A stretch of DNA of 64,000 nucleotides from the IMG/VR virus record IMGVR_UViG_3300031452_000163; one strand, given 5' to 3'. A program made the position numbers and the translations under genes. The DNA comes from a virus. Shown here one piece after another: positions 16,371-27,363 of the stretch (position 1 is its first letter; each line of letters begins with the position of its first letter). The notes under the pieces are model-generated. The model did no database searches. It was given only the letters and a program-made list of their open reading frames with translations, and was not told the origin of the DNA.

Positions 16371-18869
16371 CTATGCTGACCACAGCGCCAGAGGGTTGAG
16401 GGTGGTGGTGGTCTGGATGAGATCAAAGCTCACGTTGTAGCTCACGGCATCGGCTTGACCTTCGGAGAAATTGGTCAGCGTGCAGATAAATGCGTGGTTA
16501 TCCATGTCGCGGTATAGGACCGAGTTCCCACCATCCATGGCAGTCAGTGCGGCGCGTATATCACGCCAAGCCAGGCGAGTGGCGTTGTCTGTATCCAGGG
16601 CGAATACGACGTATTTACGCCCCGTAGCGGTGTAGTAGGAGGTGGGCAGATAGTCCACCGTCGGCATGGTATGGCCCTCATAGAGCATCGAAACCGGACC
16701 GGTGACGTGCTGCCAAGTACTAGCGCCGCCCGCATCGTTGGCCAGTCCCACGGGCACGGACGTGCTCGGGTTTGCGGTGTCGGTAATCCATGCGGTGTAG
16801 CTCCTGCCAAACAGCAGAGGGAGGAGCACGTTGGGGAGCACCTCCAGCGTGCCAATCACGCCTGACGTGTCGATCGTCTGAATCGCGTAGTCAGTCCGGG
16901 TGAGGAGCAGCGGGTACACGGTGAGGTGAGTGACCAGTCCGACGCCCTGAAACTGAACCCACGGGTCGGGTATATGACCGGGCAGCGGTGAGCGCCGCGT
17001 ATAGACGTTGATCCCGGTCATTCCTGGGGGCAATTGCCAGGAGAGGCGAACGGTCCCGGTGACGGGATTGGACAGGGCGGAGAATCCCGTCACCGGTGCG
17101 GGTGGTGGCCAATTGGTACGTACGCGGTACTGTGGCGACAGCGTCACGCCGCCCTGACTATCGGTGGCTTGGATCTGGAACCGGTAGTAGGTGAGGTTGC
17201 TGATCGGCGGGTTTGCACCATCAGTGATGGTCCAGTAGTGGACCGTCGTGGTGCTTCCACTCGACAACGGATTGGCATACGTGGCAGTCTGCTGGGCGTT
17301 GACCAGCGTCACGCCATCGTCGGCGTACAGGAGTCCTTGATACTGAGTATTTGACAGGCCATCGGGATGGGACCAGGAATACGACAGTGTGCAGTTCGCG
17401 CCGGTGATGTCGCCACCCGCCGCCACGTTCAGGCCGTTGGCCGCGACGTTGGTGATGGCGACTGTGCCAGGTCGAGTGACAGTGAAGGTGACTGGACTGC
17501 TGTAGGCGGACGGGCTGTTGAGTACGGTATCCCACTCGCGTACTTGCCATCTGTACTGGACGCCATATGCCAGGCCGGTTGCGGTTGTGGAATAGACAAT
17601 CGAGTGGTTATCGCCAGTGGTCATGCGACCGGTGTCCCACATGGTCACCCCATCCGATACGCGTTGTATCAGAAGCTCTCGTGCCTGGGGCGCATCGCTG
17701 GGCGTTGGGTTGGCTGAGTTCCAGATGAAGGTTGGGAGGAGCGTGGTAATATTGCCGGAGGGTGAGACGGGAACCGGGACGGTGGGTGTCGAGCCATTGG
17801 AGAAGCCACTGTATTGGAGCAGGGTGGTTGATGTCCCCGACAGATACAGCCATTCAGAGGTGCCGGATACGGCGTAACGATTGGTGCTAGGAGACCCGTA
17901 GCCGTTTCCGTCGCCGCCTACCGCCAGTTGCGCCCCACCCCAGCTGCCGCCGCTGCGGAGGATACGCAGTAGCTCACCGTTCGACTGATTGGCTAGCGAC
18001 TGGACATAGACCGTCAGATTCCCGGTGGCGCTATCGTAGGACGTGACCGGGGGCGTGCTGCCCTGTGTGTTGTTGTACAGGATGGTTGGACTATTGTAGG
18101 AGTTCACACCCAGCCGCTTGACGGCTACGATGCTATGCGTGCCAGACGACCGTTCGTCCAGTACCACCAAATCCAGGTTGCCGTTTGCGTCGATTTCGGC
18201 GGAGTAATCGGTACACCCGGGGTAAGCCGTTTCGGGCGTGCCGATGGAGATGGTCGTCCCGGCGATGGTGACGGGTGCGACAAAGAGGCTCGATCCCGAT
18301 TGCTGGTAGGACAGGTAGAGGACGTTACTGGCCGGCCCGGAGGAGGTGAGATGGACACGCGACGCACCTGAGATGCCAGAGAGCGTCACACCTTGACCCG
18401 CGGTGCTGGACGATTCTTGGATTTGGTAGACCGCCACACCAGAAGTGAGGTTGTCCCCTCCGGCGATAATCCAGGCGGAGAGCGTGGTGTTGTAGAGCAC
18501 ATCAATGGAAGTGAGGACGTCATTGAACCCGCTGTACGACGCCGTGCTCATGGTCACCGCGCCCGCGGCGTAGGATAATTTGATCTGATTGACAGTAGCG
18601 CTGGTATTATTTGCAAACAGGGAAACCACATTGCCGTTTTGGCCCAGGCCGTAATACGGATTCAACCCTCCCGCTGGAGTTGCGAACTGTACTGGAGCAC
18701 CCCACGCGCCGCCGGTGCTCCGTACCGCGTACTGGGCTCCATTTGCGCCTTGCCACACCGCCAGCCGCGCACCGTCGCTCATGGCGAACAAGTGGCGACT
18801 GACGGTCGGATTCAGGGCGGAAGCGGCTGGTACGGAATTAGGGTCAACTTGCTGGCCGGTTATCGGCAT
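16371..18869 (-). CDS. minor tail protein (beta-rich, FN3/Ig-like domains, Dit-like C-terminus)
   Basis: Follows the TMP; LLPTFIW..YRWQVREWD and YYRFQIQATD FN3-like motifs. Confidence 0.75.
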   Translation of the reverse strand: MPITGQQVDPNSVPAASALNPTVSRHLFAMSDGARLAVWQGANGAQYAVRSTGGAWGAPVQFATPAGGLNPYYGLGQNGNVVSLFANNTSATVNQIKLSYAAGAVTMSTASYSGFNDVLTSIDVLYNTTLSAWIIAGGDNLTSGVAVYQIQESSSTAGQGVTLSGISGASRVHLTSSGPASNVLYLSYQQSGSSLFVAPVTIAGTTISIGTPETAYPGCTDYSAEIDANGNLDLVVLDERSSGTHSIVAVKRLGVNSYNSPTILYNNTQGSTPPVTSYDSATGNLTVYVQSLANQSNGELLRILRSGGSWGGAQLAVGGDGNGYGSPSTNRYAVSGTSEWLYLSGTSTTLLQYSGFSNGSTPTVPVPVSPSGNITTLLPTFIWNSANPTPSDAPQARELLIQRVSDGVTMWDTGRMTTGDNHSIVYSTTATGLAYGVQYRWQVREWDTVLNSPSAYSSPVTFTVTRPGTVAITNVAANGLNVAAGGDITGANCTLSYSWSHPDGLSNTQYQGLLYADDGVTLVNAQQTATYANPLSSGSTTTVHYWTITDGANPPISNLTYYRFQIQATDSQGGVTLSPQYRVRTNWPPPAPVTGFSALSNPVTGTVRLSWQLPPGMTGINVYTRRSPLPGHIPDPWVQFQGVGLVTHLTVYPLLLTRTDYAIQTIDTSGVIGTLEVLPNVLLPLLFGRSYTAWITDTANPSTSVPVGLANDAGGASTWQHVTGPVSMLYEGHTMPTVDYLPTSYYTATGRKYVVFALDTDNATRLAWRDIRAALTAMDGGNSVLYRDMDNHAFICTLTNFSEGQADAVSYNVSFDLIQTTTTLNPLALWSA

Positions 18870-21800
18870 TTAGGTTGCTCCTCGATTTTGCAGTGCCGCC
18901 ATGTCCATCATTTGCGCGGTACTGCTATATGCCGTGCCGTTATGCGTGGAGAGGTTCAACGCTTCGGTGTTCTGACGCTGAAGTTCTTTCAACGTCAGCG
19001 TGTCCTGAATGGCGTGGGCCAGCTGTTCGGCTTGCAGAGCGTTGGCTGCCTGTAGAGCTGCTATTTGGGCGTTGCTCGCTGCTTGGGCGGCTGCCGTCTG
19101 CGCTTGGAGCTGGGTGAGTTGGGACTGCATCGCCGTGGTCTGGGAGGCAGACATGCTGGTGGGGGTCACATAGACCGGGTTGGATGGTGAGGCTCCCGCT
19201 GCGCCACTCGATGGCCCGACATAGCCGGAGGAGGTGCCGCCGATGGGTTGTGTCCTGATGGGATGGAGCCGCGAGTTGAGGAACGCTTGGGACAGGCTCC
19301 CCGGCGCGGTACTGCCGCTGGCACTGCCCATGTTCGGCACTGAGGCGCTAGTGGAGCGACCATAGGCGTCAAGGCCGCCGAATCCTTGTGGATTCAGAGA
19401 ATTGGTCTGGCCAGGATTGGAGTGGTAGGTTATGCCGGTTGTTTTGTCGAGGAAGGTTCCGCCTGGGTAGGAGTCGGGATTGCCACCGGTAATGTACGCA
19501 CCAGTCGGCAATGCGGGGTTGTTGAAATTTCCGCCGCCACCATTGGCCATACTCGCGTTCTGGTTGAGCATGTCCATGGTGAGGACGCCGCCGTTGGCTA
19601 CGAATAGGTTTGTGGCCTTGTCAAAATAGGGCAGTCCGGTGACAGAAGGGCCATTGGAGTACGTCTGCCCATTAATGACCCCGGTTGAGCCGGACGCACC
19701 ACCAGGCATAGCGCCGGTGGGCACACCTTGGGCCTGACCAGGAGCATTGCCAGGATTGGCCGGGTTGGTCAGTCCAGCGCCACCCGGTTGGCCAACTCCG
19801 GTATTACCACCAGAACCAGGCGAGCCGTAGCCAAACGGACCGGTGGGGGCATACTGGCCGGTTGGAGCATAGCCGGCACCACCTACATAACCGGGTGGGG
19901 GACCATGGTAGCCGGAGGTGGCAGCTGAGTTAATCCCGGCAATTCCAGCGTTGATGCTGCCGATTGCCCCGGTGATGGCGGTGGCCAATCCGCTCGCAGT
20001 GCCTTGCAGGCCAGCCAATGACACACCAGCATCAACGGCTTTCTGGAAGAGATCGGCGAGAGCCTGACCGGTCATACCGTCCTGTTTGGCGTTTTCGTAA
20101 GTGGCGGCGGTTGACGCCGCCAGGGCTTGGGCGTTTAAAATCGCGGCGTCGTAGGACCCCACGCCAGCTTCGGCAACGCGACGAGACTCGTCACCAAGGG
20201 CCTGTACGCCCTGCGTGGCCGACTGAATCGCGGTGATATCCGCTTCGAGATTGCCAGTATGGTTGTGGAGATCGTAGGCATATTTGGCGTTTGCGTCAGT
20301 CAGCGGCCCATTGATTTGAGCGGTAAAGGTGGCGACGCTGGAGGTATAACTGCCTGTGATCCGGTTCTGAGAATCAATGTTGGCGGTGACTGACGCGTTA
20401 TGGCTTTTCAGCGCTTGGCTTGAGGCGAGCAGATCGGAGATATCCTGCTGCGTCGCCCCGGACTGCTGGCCCGAATCGTACAGGAACTTATCACTAGCCG
20501 TGGTGTAGGTATCGCTAACTTTTTTTTGAGAATCGGCCAGGCTGGTTCCGAAGTTGCCGAGCAACTGGTCGGCGAGGAGATGCGCTTGATTGGTTCGCTC
20601 GACAGCCGCTTTGTCTGCCTGCGCGGTGGATACCATGGTAGCAGCGAGAGTCTTGGTGTCGCCGGTGCTCTTGACGACGCTGTATGTAAACGCGTCCATG
20701 GCGAGCTTGGCTGGCCCAGAGGTCTGACCCGCTAATGAGGTCAGGCTGGTACCGAAAACTCCGACAGACCGATTCGCCGCGTCTTGGGCCGCCTGAGTTT
20801 TTGCGATGTTGGCCTGCTGCTTGGCATAGGTCGCGTCGTATTTAGCTAGATCTTTCGGCAGAGCGGCGGTTCCACCACCTAGACCACCCGGCCCGCCCTT
20901 TGGATGCAATGAGTCGTAGATAAATTTGTTGAGGCTATCAGAGACCTTGCCAGCCAAGAGTGTCGTAGTTGCCGCTAGACTCTTGCCAAAATCACCCGCC
21001 GCCGCCGCCGCTCGTGCGGTTGCTGCCGTCATGGCGTCGGACATGGCTTTTTGCTTACGGATTGACTCGGCCAGTGATGCCATGAGCGGCGCGTTATTGG
21101 CCACCTGCGTGATGGTGTTTCCGGTCCCGCCGTCGGTATTCATGCCGCCGGGCCGTACCGCGTGCGTCTGGTCTGCCGTGCCCTTGAGTATCTGGTAGGC
21201 GAGGTCTTTGGTTCCCTTGCCGATGACGTTGGATAGATGAGCGGCCAGCCCGTCCCACAGCGCGTGGTCGGTCAGGGCTTCTTTCATCTTTGCGACTAAG
21301 GCGGCATTGGCCGCACTCAGCCCGTTGAGATGCGCTGTCAAGCCGGACTTCAGCCCGGCAATATGCTTGTCAAACCCCTTCCCCTCTGAGTCGAGGTGAC
21401 CTGCCAGAATGGTTTTGTGCTGAGTCAGCCATTTGTCATTAGCCTTGCTTAACTTTTCGTTTGCCGCCCCGTAGTCCTTGACATGGGCTTGCGTCAAGTA
21501 TCCCATTTGTAGGGTATGCTGGCGTGTCGCTTTGTCAAATGAGGTCACGTGCGCGTGGGCGGCCTTCTGCCAGGCGTTGGTGTGGGCTTGCGTAATCCGG
21601 TCCAACGCCGTGACATGGGAGCCGGTGACAGCGGCCATCTTGACCGGGTGCTTTGCCAGATCCGTGGCTAGCTTGTCGCTATGGGTCTGGGTGATCGCCT
21701 TCAGCCGCGTAGTATGGGCACGGAGCTGGGCATCGGTGGCCGTGCCATGGTCTTTCAGGATGCCCTTGTAGCGGTCGTTTTCCTTTTTGGTGTCTTGGGT

Positions 21801-24800
21801 GAATTTGCTGTTCGCTGCTGTGTTGGCCTTGGTCAGGGCCGAATTACTATTGGCCTGCCGGGTGGCTTCGGTCTGAGAGAGACGAGCCAGGGCTTGAGTC
21901 TGGGCACGATCCGCATTGTTTCGCGCGGTTTGGAGGGAGGTACCCTCGTTGATTTGGGCGGTTTGGAAGCGATCGTTGATTTTGCCTTGGGCTTTGATGA
22001 ACTTCTCATGCGCCGCAGCGGTCTGGGTAATCGCGCTCTTGTTATTAGCAGCGATGGCTGCGTGGTAGATGCCCTCCTGCTTGACAGTCTGGGAAGCATT
22101 GTCGCTGTAGATTTTGGCTACCGCAGTGACGTGACGGCTGTTCTCAGTCGCATAGTCGCTGTTGTACTTGCTGGTGTACCCCTGCATCTGGGCCGCTTCA
22201 GCGACGATAGCCGCCTTCATGGTCTTGGCCACTTCAGGAGACAGCTTGTCCAGCGAGCCGGTCAGCTTGACGATACTGGCGGAGAGGTTGCCGGTATCGG
22301 CCTGTGCCGCGCCAAACGAACTGTATTTATGCTGAGGAGACTGGGCAGCCAGTGCGCCTAATGCACCAGTGCTGGAGCCGGTTCCAACGAAGCCGCCCAT
22401 GTACTGGTTGCGTTGCGCTTGGTTGTAGTCGGTTTGCACGCCGCCGGCGTAGTGTTCGCCACCACGTGGCATGGAAAAGGCGTAGTCCGCCCGTACACCC
22501 GGCAGGTTATGCTCGCCGCCGAGGATGTGCGGTGTGGGCGACCAGGTGCCGCCACGTTGTCGAGCCGCCAGTGCGCCGCCACCGCCAGCATGTGCGCCTC
22601 TGGCCGATGCCGCTGTCATCTGAGCGCCGGAGAGCCATTCACGTTCACCTGCATCGTTGACCACGCAGAGATGCCAAAACGAGGGGTCATTGCCATATGC
22701 GGTGGTGAGGGCGTGGCCCGACATGCCGACGGTGGTTCCACCCGCCACGGTATCGCCGACTTTATGACCGGATTCCTGCAAGGCATGCAGGAACATCTCG
22801 ACGCCACCGTTGATTTTGTTTCGCCACACCTCATAGCCGCCCACGTCCGAGCTGGTTCCCTGTTTCTCCAGTTGATAGGAACCACCGGGTGGTAATCGGA
22901 AGGCCTGAGAGTTGCCACTGCCGGTGGCGAAGTCGGTATCCATCAGACCACCGGAATAGCCGACGCCCAGAGATTGCAGCATTGCGGGGTCGCCACTGCT
23001 GGGGCTCAGGTAGTTGGCCGAAAAATTGCCGTAATGACCGTACTGGTCACCACGGGTATATCCGCCGCCGCCGGTCGCTGAACCACCAGCCGAGCCGAGG
23101 TGCCCGCCTACTGCACTACTGATTCCACTGCCGATTCCGCCCAGGAATCCAGTAATATCGCCCACGGCGTTTTTGGCTTGATCCACCAGCCCTGAAAACG
23201 GGTTATGGCTGGTGAAGAAGGTTTTGATGGTGTCGAAAATAGCTGTGGCGATTTTGGTTGCTTCGGATATCAGCGACTGGATTTTATCGCCGAGCCCGGT
23301 AACCATGGAGGCAACCCAGCTATGAGCGGCAGTGGTGAATTGCGTGACGCGTTCGGATATCCAGGAGGCGATTTTGTCCTTGGTCGAGCCAAACCAGCCC
23401 ATCACGTCGCTGGTTTTGCTGGTCAGACCAGAGACCAGGTTTGTGACGAACGATGCGCCGGCGGAGAGGAGATCGGCAGCTCGATCCTTTTCCCAGGTCA
23501 TGATGGTGGCGGCCTGAGCTGCATACCATCCGATCAAATCGCCGGTTTTGCTGGTCAGACCAGTCACCAAATTGGTCGCAAACGACGCGCCTGCGGTCAA
23601 CAGGTCGCCTGCGCGGGTAGTGATCCACGTTGTGATTGATGTGGCGGTTGATCCGAGCCAGCCGAGCACGTCCCCGGTTTTGCCAACCAGGCCACTGACC
23701 AGATTTGTGACAAATCTCGCGCCGGCGTTGAGCATATCCCCGGCGCGGTCTGCCACCCAGCCGGCCATGCGATTCGTCACGTCCGTATACCAGGACCAGA
23801 GATGGCCGATTTGGGAGCCGAGACCGCCAACCAAGCCGCCAATCCAAGCGACTGCGGCATTGCCGAAATCACCAGCACGATCAGCGAGCCAACCGGTCAT
23901 TCGGTCGGAAAATCCTTGCAACTTGGCCATACCAGCTGTCGCTAGTTGGCCGAGCGCATCTGTCCCCTTTTGGGTTATGTCCATCCAGCCTTGACCGAGC
24001 CGAGCTGGCAGACCCTCGATAAACGCAACAAACGCATGACCAAAATCGCCCAACCCGGCCAGTACGACCGTGGCTCCCGCGCTGAACGCTTTCTGAACCA
24101 GCACCCAGAGATCGTTTTCGAGCTTCGCTACGATTGGGTTGAGGTCAACAAACAGCTTCTTGATCTTGCCCCAAACAGCCTCCAAATCGGCGTGGACCTT
24201 CTCGCCGTTTCCGTGGAAGATGTCAGTAATGAGCTTCCAGGTATCCTGGACAATTGGCACCAAATCTTTGATGGTCGCTGCCACGACTTTGATGACGTCG
24301 CCGATGACGCGGAAGGCGGCGACGATGGTTGGCACAGCCGCCTCAATGACCTTGGCCAGCACAGTGATCGCCCCAACCAGCAGATTCGTGACGATTCCCG
24401 CCATGACCGTCGCGCTTTTGCCACCGTCGTCGCTCGATTTGCTGAACAGTCCGAGCGAACCAACCACCTGCTGAATTGCTGTAAAGACCGGTTGGAGTGC
24501 TGTGCCGAGCTTGCCTAAGACGTCGCTCAGTGCCTTGCTCTGTACCACGCCCTTTAAAACGGCAGACTCAAAGGTATAAATCCAGGTAATCATCGTTGAC
24601 CAGACTGTAATGTAGAAGCCTATGGTCTTCCCGATGAGTTCGAATACGCCTGCTAGCGCCTTCCCGCCACCCTTTGAAAACTCTGTTGCCTTTTGGCCAA
24701 TGGTGTCGAGAATTGTGGAGACGTTCGCGATAACCGGCTTGAACCGATTGAAGGCTGCAACTAGATCGTTTTCGACCAGGTTCTTGAGCATGGTGAATCC

Positions 24801-27344
24801 AGGCATCAGCGCTGAGAAGACCTTGCCGATTACTGATCCGATTTTGTCGAAGAATCCCTGAATGACGCCGCCCTTGGAGGCAACCCAATCAGACAGGTGC
24901 ATCAGACCGTCCAGGACTGCACCCACCGCTGGGAGCATCTTGCTCCCGAGGGCAATCGCGCCAATCTCGACCTTGTTTTTGAAGGTCTCGAATTTGGCCC
25001 CGGTGGTGTCCATCATGCCCTTGAACGATTCGTTCAGCGCAGTGGTTCCGGCGTGCGTCTTCTTCATGATGTCGTTGTAGCCGGACCAGCCCGAGGTCAT
25101 CAGATTCAACGCACCGACGCCGCCACGCAATCCACCGAAGATGGTCATGATCGCCGCCGCCTGCCCGTGACTCACGGTGTTGGCTTCCTTCATGAAGGCC
25201 GTTTGCGACATGGTTCCCGCGCCCAATTTGGCGTAATCTTCCTGCAGCTTGTTTGCGGCAGACGAGTTGAGGCCGAGTGCCTTACGGGTCAGCGCTAACA
25301 CGTCATGCTGGCTCATTGCGCCATCACTGAACTTCTTGAAGGCTCCCACCAGATCAATGCCGCTGACTCTGCCCAGTTCCACCAATGCGGCATGTGCCGG
25401 CTTGACGACATTAATCATATGAGTCGTCATGCCGGTCCATAGGGTCTGCGCCTGTGCCGCGTCACCCGTGGCCCGTGTTAACGCGGAAAATGAAGCAACA
25501 GCGTCTTGCAACGGCATATGGATACCCGAGGCGATGATACCGAGCTTGGACATATGAGCGGCCATGTCGGGGAGACGGGTATTGGCGTTCTGCGCTCCGG
25601 CTAACAGTGTCGAAACGGCCAGCGCCGCGTTTTTCGCCGGAATGTGGAAGTTGGACATGGCGAGGGCGACGGTATTCGTCACCCCGGCCACATCCGCCCC
25701 GGTTGCGACGGCGGCCTTCACCGAAGCAGATACCAGCTTCATGGCATCTGCTCCCTTAAATCCCATATTTGCGGCGCGTTCAAAGCCCTTGGCGATATCG
25801 TCCAGCTTGGCCGGGGTTTCGCTGCCGAGTTTCATGGTTTCGGCACGCATCTTGGCTATTTCATCGGTCGTAGCTCCGGTATTGCCCCGAATCAGGGCAA
25901 AGGTCGTTTCCATCTTGTCGGCCATGTGAATCGTTTCGCCCACCGCCAGACCCACGCCCAGAATCAGCCCCAGCGGACCTTCCATCATCATGGCCCCGGC
26001 TTCACCGGTCTTGACGCCAGCCGAAACCGCCGCGTCACCGATCAGTTTGAAGCTCTCAGCGGCCTTGGCGTTCCGCTCTTCGATGACTTTGTCCGATTCG
26101 GCCACCTTAGCGCTGGTTGCCGTGACCTCGGATGAGACGCCTTTGAGGGAACTCGCGGCCTTGGCTCCGGCTGCCTCAGTTGCCGCGGCGAATCGCTCCA
26201 TTGAGGCGGCTGCCGAGGTCATGGCCGTCTCAATGGAGCCCATGGCGGTTCCCGAGATGCCAGCCGCCGATTCTAGGGAGGAACCAACCTTACTCCCAGC
26301 GATCCCCGCTGATCCGGCCAGGGCGTCAAACCGGGTGGAGACGGTATTCACCGAATCCGACATGGTTTTTGACGCGGCGTCAACCACGCTACCGGCCGCC
26401 GTGGCCCTGTCCCCTAATCCTTGCAACGATGCCTTTTCGGCATCGACGCTGACCGATGTCTCGGCGCTTGCCTTTTTTGCAGCAGCCCCAACCAATTTGA
26501 AGCTCTCCGCTGCCTTGACATTTGATGCTTCGATGCGTGTGGCGGATTCTCCGATTTTTTCGGCATTAGTGCTCGCTGCCGCACCGACACCTGCTCCTCT
26601 CACGGCATCACCGACTAATTTGAAGGTTTCAGCGGCCTTGAGATTCGATTCTCCGATACGTGCGTCAGACAGTGAGACCGTTTCAGCGGCGGCGCTTGTT
26701 GCCGCGCCAACACGTTCCAGCGACGTGGACGCCTTGAGGCCGGCCTCGGATGCAGCCGCGGCAAAGCTCCCCATCTCTGTTGACGCCGCGGTCATTGCCG
26801 TACCGATACGCCCGCTGGCTCCGGTTGCAGCGCCGGCGGCAGTGTCCATTGACCCGCCGATTTTTCCTCCGGTTGCAGCGGCGGAACCGGCCAATCCATC
26901 GAACTTTGCCGATGTGGCAGTCATTGCCGCACCCATTCGACCTGTCGCTCCGGTCGTGGTGCTAGCAGCAGTATCCATTGAACCGGCGATTTTGCCGCTG
27001 GCCACTCCAACGGAACCCGCAAGTCCATCAAACCGCGCTGAAGCGGCGGTCGTTGCCGCGTCGATGCGTGCAGCCGCCCCAGCCACGGTGGATGCCGCTG
27101 CTTCCACGCTGCCAGATACCTTACCGCTGCTTTGGGCTCCCGCTTCCCCCCATGCTCTGAACTTTGCATCGAGGCTCTGCATGGTCTCCGCCATGGTTTT
27201 GAAGGTCACATCGACCAAACCGCCGGTTTCCGTGGCCTTGTCGCCCAGACCACGGAGAGAAGCCGCCGCCGCGCCAGCCGGGGCACTCAGTTCATCCGTA
27301 CCTCTGAGGACAATGCGCGTGACCAGATCGTCAACCATTCCCAT
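18870..27344 (-). CDS. tape measure protein (2824 aa)
   Basis: TP901-type TMP core (GATTDEIAKMR..LDDIAKG..AGADV), Trp-periodic repeats, position after the chaperones. Confidence 0.95.
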   Translation of the reverse strand: MGMVDDLVTRIVLRGTDELSAPAGAAAASLRGLGDKATETGGLVDVTFKTMAETMQSLDAKFRAWGEAGAQSSGKVSGSVEAAASTVAGAAARIDAATTAASARFDGLAGSVGVASGKIAGSMDTAASTTTGATGRMGAAMTATSAKFDGLAGSAAATGGKIGGSMDTAAGAATGASGRIGTAMTAASTEMGSFAAAASEAGLKASTSLERVGAATSAAAETVSLSDARIGESNLKAAETFKLVGDAVRGAGVGAAASTNAEKIGESATRIEASNVKAAESFKLVGAAAKKASAETSVSVDAEKASLQGLGDRATAAGSVVDAASKTMSDSVNTVSTRFDALAGSAGIAGSKVGSSLESAAGISGTAMGSIETAMTSAAASMERFAAATEAAGAKAASSLKGVSSEVTATSAKVAESDKVIEERNAKAAESFKLIGDAAVSAGVKTGEAGAMMMEGPLGLILGVGLAVGETIHMADKMETTFALIRGNTGATTDEIAKMRAETMKLGSETPAKLDDIAKGFERAANMGFKGADAMKLVSASVKAAVATGADVAGVTNTVALAMSNFHIPAKNAALAVSTLLAGAQNANTRLPDMAAHMSKLGIIASGIHMPLQDAVASFSALTRATGDAAQAQTLWTGMTTHMINVVKPAHAALVELGRVSGIDLVGAFKKFSDGAMSQHDVLALTRKALGLNSSAANKLQEDYAKLGAGTMSQTAFMKEANTVSHGQAAAIMTIFGGLRGGVGALNLMTSGWSGYNDIMKKTHAGTTALNESFKGMMDTTGAKFETFKNKVEIGAIALGSKMLPAVGAVLDGLMHLSDWVASKGGVIQGFFDKIGSVIGKVFSALMPGFTMLKNLVENDLVAAFNRFKPVIANVSTILDTIGQKATEFSKGGGKALAGVFELIGKTIGFYITVWSTMITWIYTFESAVLKGVVQSKALSDVLGKLGTALQPVFTAIQQVVGSLGLFSKSSDDGGKSATVMAGIVTNLLVGAITVLAKVIEAAVPTIVAAFRVIGDVIKVVAATIKDLVPIVQDTWKLITDIFHGNGEKVHADLEAVWGKIKKLFVDLNPIVAKLENDLWVLVQKAFSAGATVVLAGLGDFGHAFVAFIEGLPARLGQGWMDITQKGTDALGQLATAGMAKLQGFSDRMTGWLADRAGDFGNAAVAWIGGLVGGLGSQIGHLWSWYTDVTNRMAGWVADRAGDMLNAGARFVTNLVSGLVGKTGDVLGWLGSTATSITTWITTRAGDLLTAGASFATNLVTGLTSKTGDLIGWYAAQAATIMTWEKDRAADLLSAGASFVTNLVSGLTSKTSDVMGWFGSTKDKIASWISERVTQFTTAAHSWVASMVTGLGDKIQSLISEATKIATAIFDTIKTFFTSHNPFSGLVDQAKNAVGDITGFLGGIGSGISSAVGGHLGSAGGSATGGGGYTRGDQYGHYGNFSANYLSPSSGDPAMLQSLGVGYSGGLMDTDFATGSGNSQAFRLPPGGSYQLEKQGTSSDVGGYEVWRNKINGGVEMFLHALQESGHKVGDTVAGGTTVGMSGHALTTAYGNDPSFWHLCVVNDAGEREWLSGAQMTAASARGAHAGGGGALAARQRGGTWSPTPHILGGEHNLPGVRADYAFSMPRGGEHYAGGVQTDYNQAQRNQYMGGFVGTGSSTGALGALAAQSPQHKYSSFGAAQADTGNLSASIVKLTGSLDKLSPEVAKTMKAAIVAEAAQMQGYTSKYNSDYATENSRHVTAVAKIYSDNASQTVKQEGIYHAAIAANNKSAITQTAAAHEKFIKAQGKINDRFQTAQINEGTSLQTARNNADRAQTQALARLSQTEATRQANSNSALTKANTAANSKFTQDTKKENDRYKGILKDHGTATDAQLRAHTTRLKAITQTHSDKLATDLAKHPVKMAAVTGSHVTALDRITQAHTNAWQKAAHAHVTSFDKATRQHTLQMGYLTQAHVKDYGAANEKLSKANDKWLTQHKTILAGHLDSEGKGFDKHIAGLKSGLTAHLNGLSAANAALVAKMKEALTDHALWDGLAAHLSNVIGKGTKDLAYQILKGTADQTHAVRPGGMNTDGGTGNTITQVANNAPLMASLAESIRKQKAMSDAMTAATARAAAAAGDFGKSLAATTTLLAGKVSDSLNKFIYDSLHPKGGPGGLGGGTAALPKDLAKYDATYAKQQANIAKTQAAQDAANRSVGVFGTSLTSLAGQTSGPAKLAMDAFTYSVVKSTGDTKTLAATMVSTAQADKAAVERTNQAHLLADQLLGNFGTSLADSQKKVSDTYTTASDKFLYDSGQQSGATQQDISDLLASSQALKSHNASVTANIDSQNRITGSYTSSVATFTAQINGPLTDANAKYAYDLHNHTGNLEADITAIQSATQGVQALGDESRRVAEAGVGSYDAAILNAQALAASTAATYENAKQDGMTGQALADLFQKAVDAGVSLAGLQGTASGLATAITGAIGSINAGIAGINSAATSGYHGPPPGYVGGAGYAPTGQYAPTGPFGYGSPGSGGNTGVGQPGGAGLTNPANPGNAPGQAQGVPTGAMPGGASGSTGVINGQTYSNGPSVTGLPYFDKATNLFVANGGVLTMDMLNQNASMANGGGGNFNNPALPTGAYITGGNPDSYPGGTFLDKTTGITYHSNPGQTNSLNPQGFGGLDAYGRSTSASVPNMGSASGSTAPGSLSQAFLNSRLHPIRTQPIGGTSSGYVGPSSGAAGASPSNPVYVTPTSMSASQTTAMQSQLTQLQAQTAAAQAASNAQIAALQAANALQAEQLAHAIQDTLTLKELQRQNTEALNLSTHNGTAYSSTAQMMDMAALQNRGAT

Positions 27345-27363
27345 ATCGCACCTCCTCGAAGAA

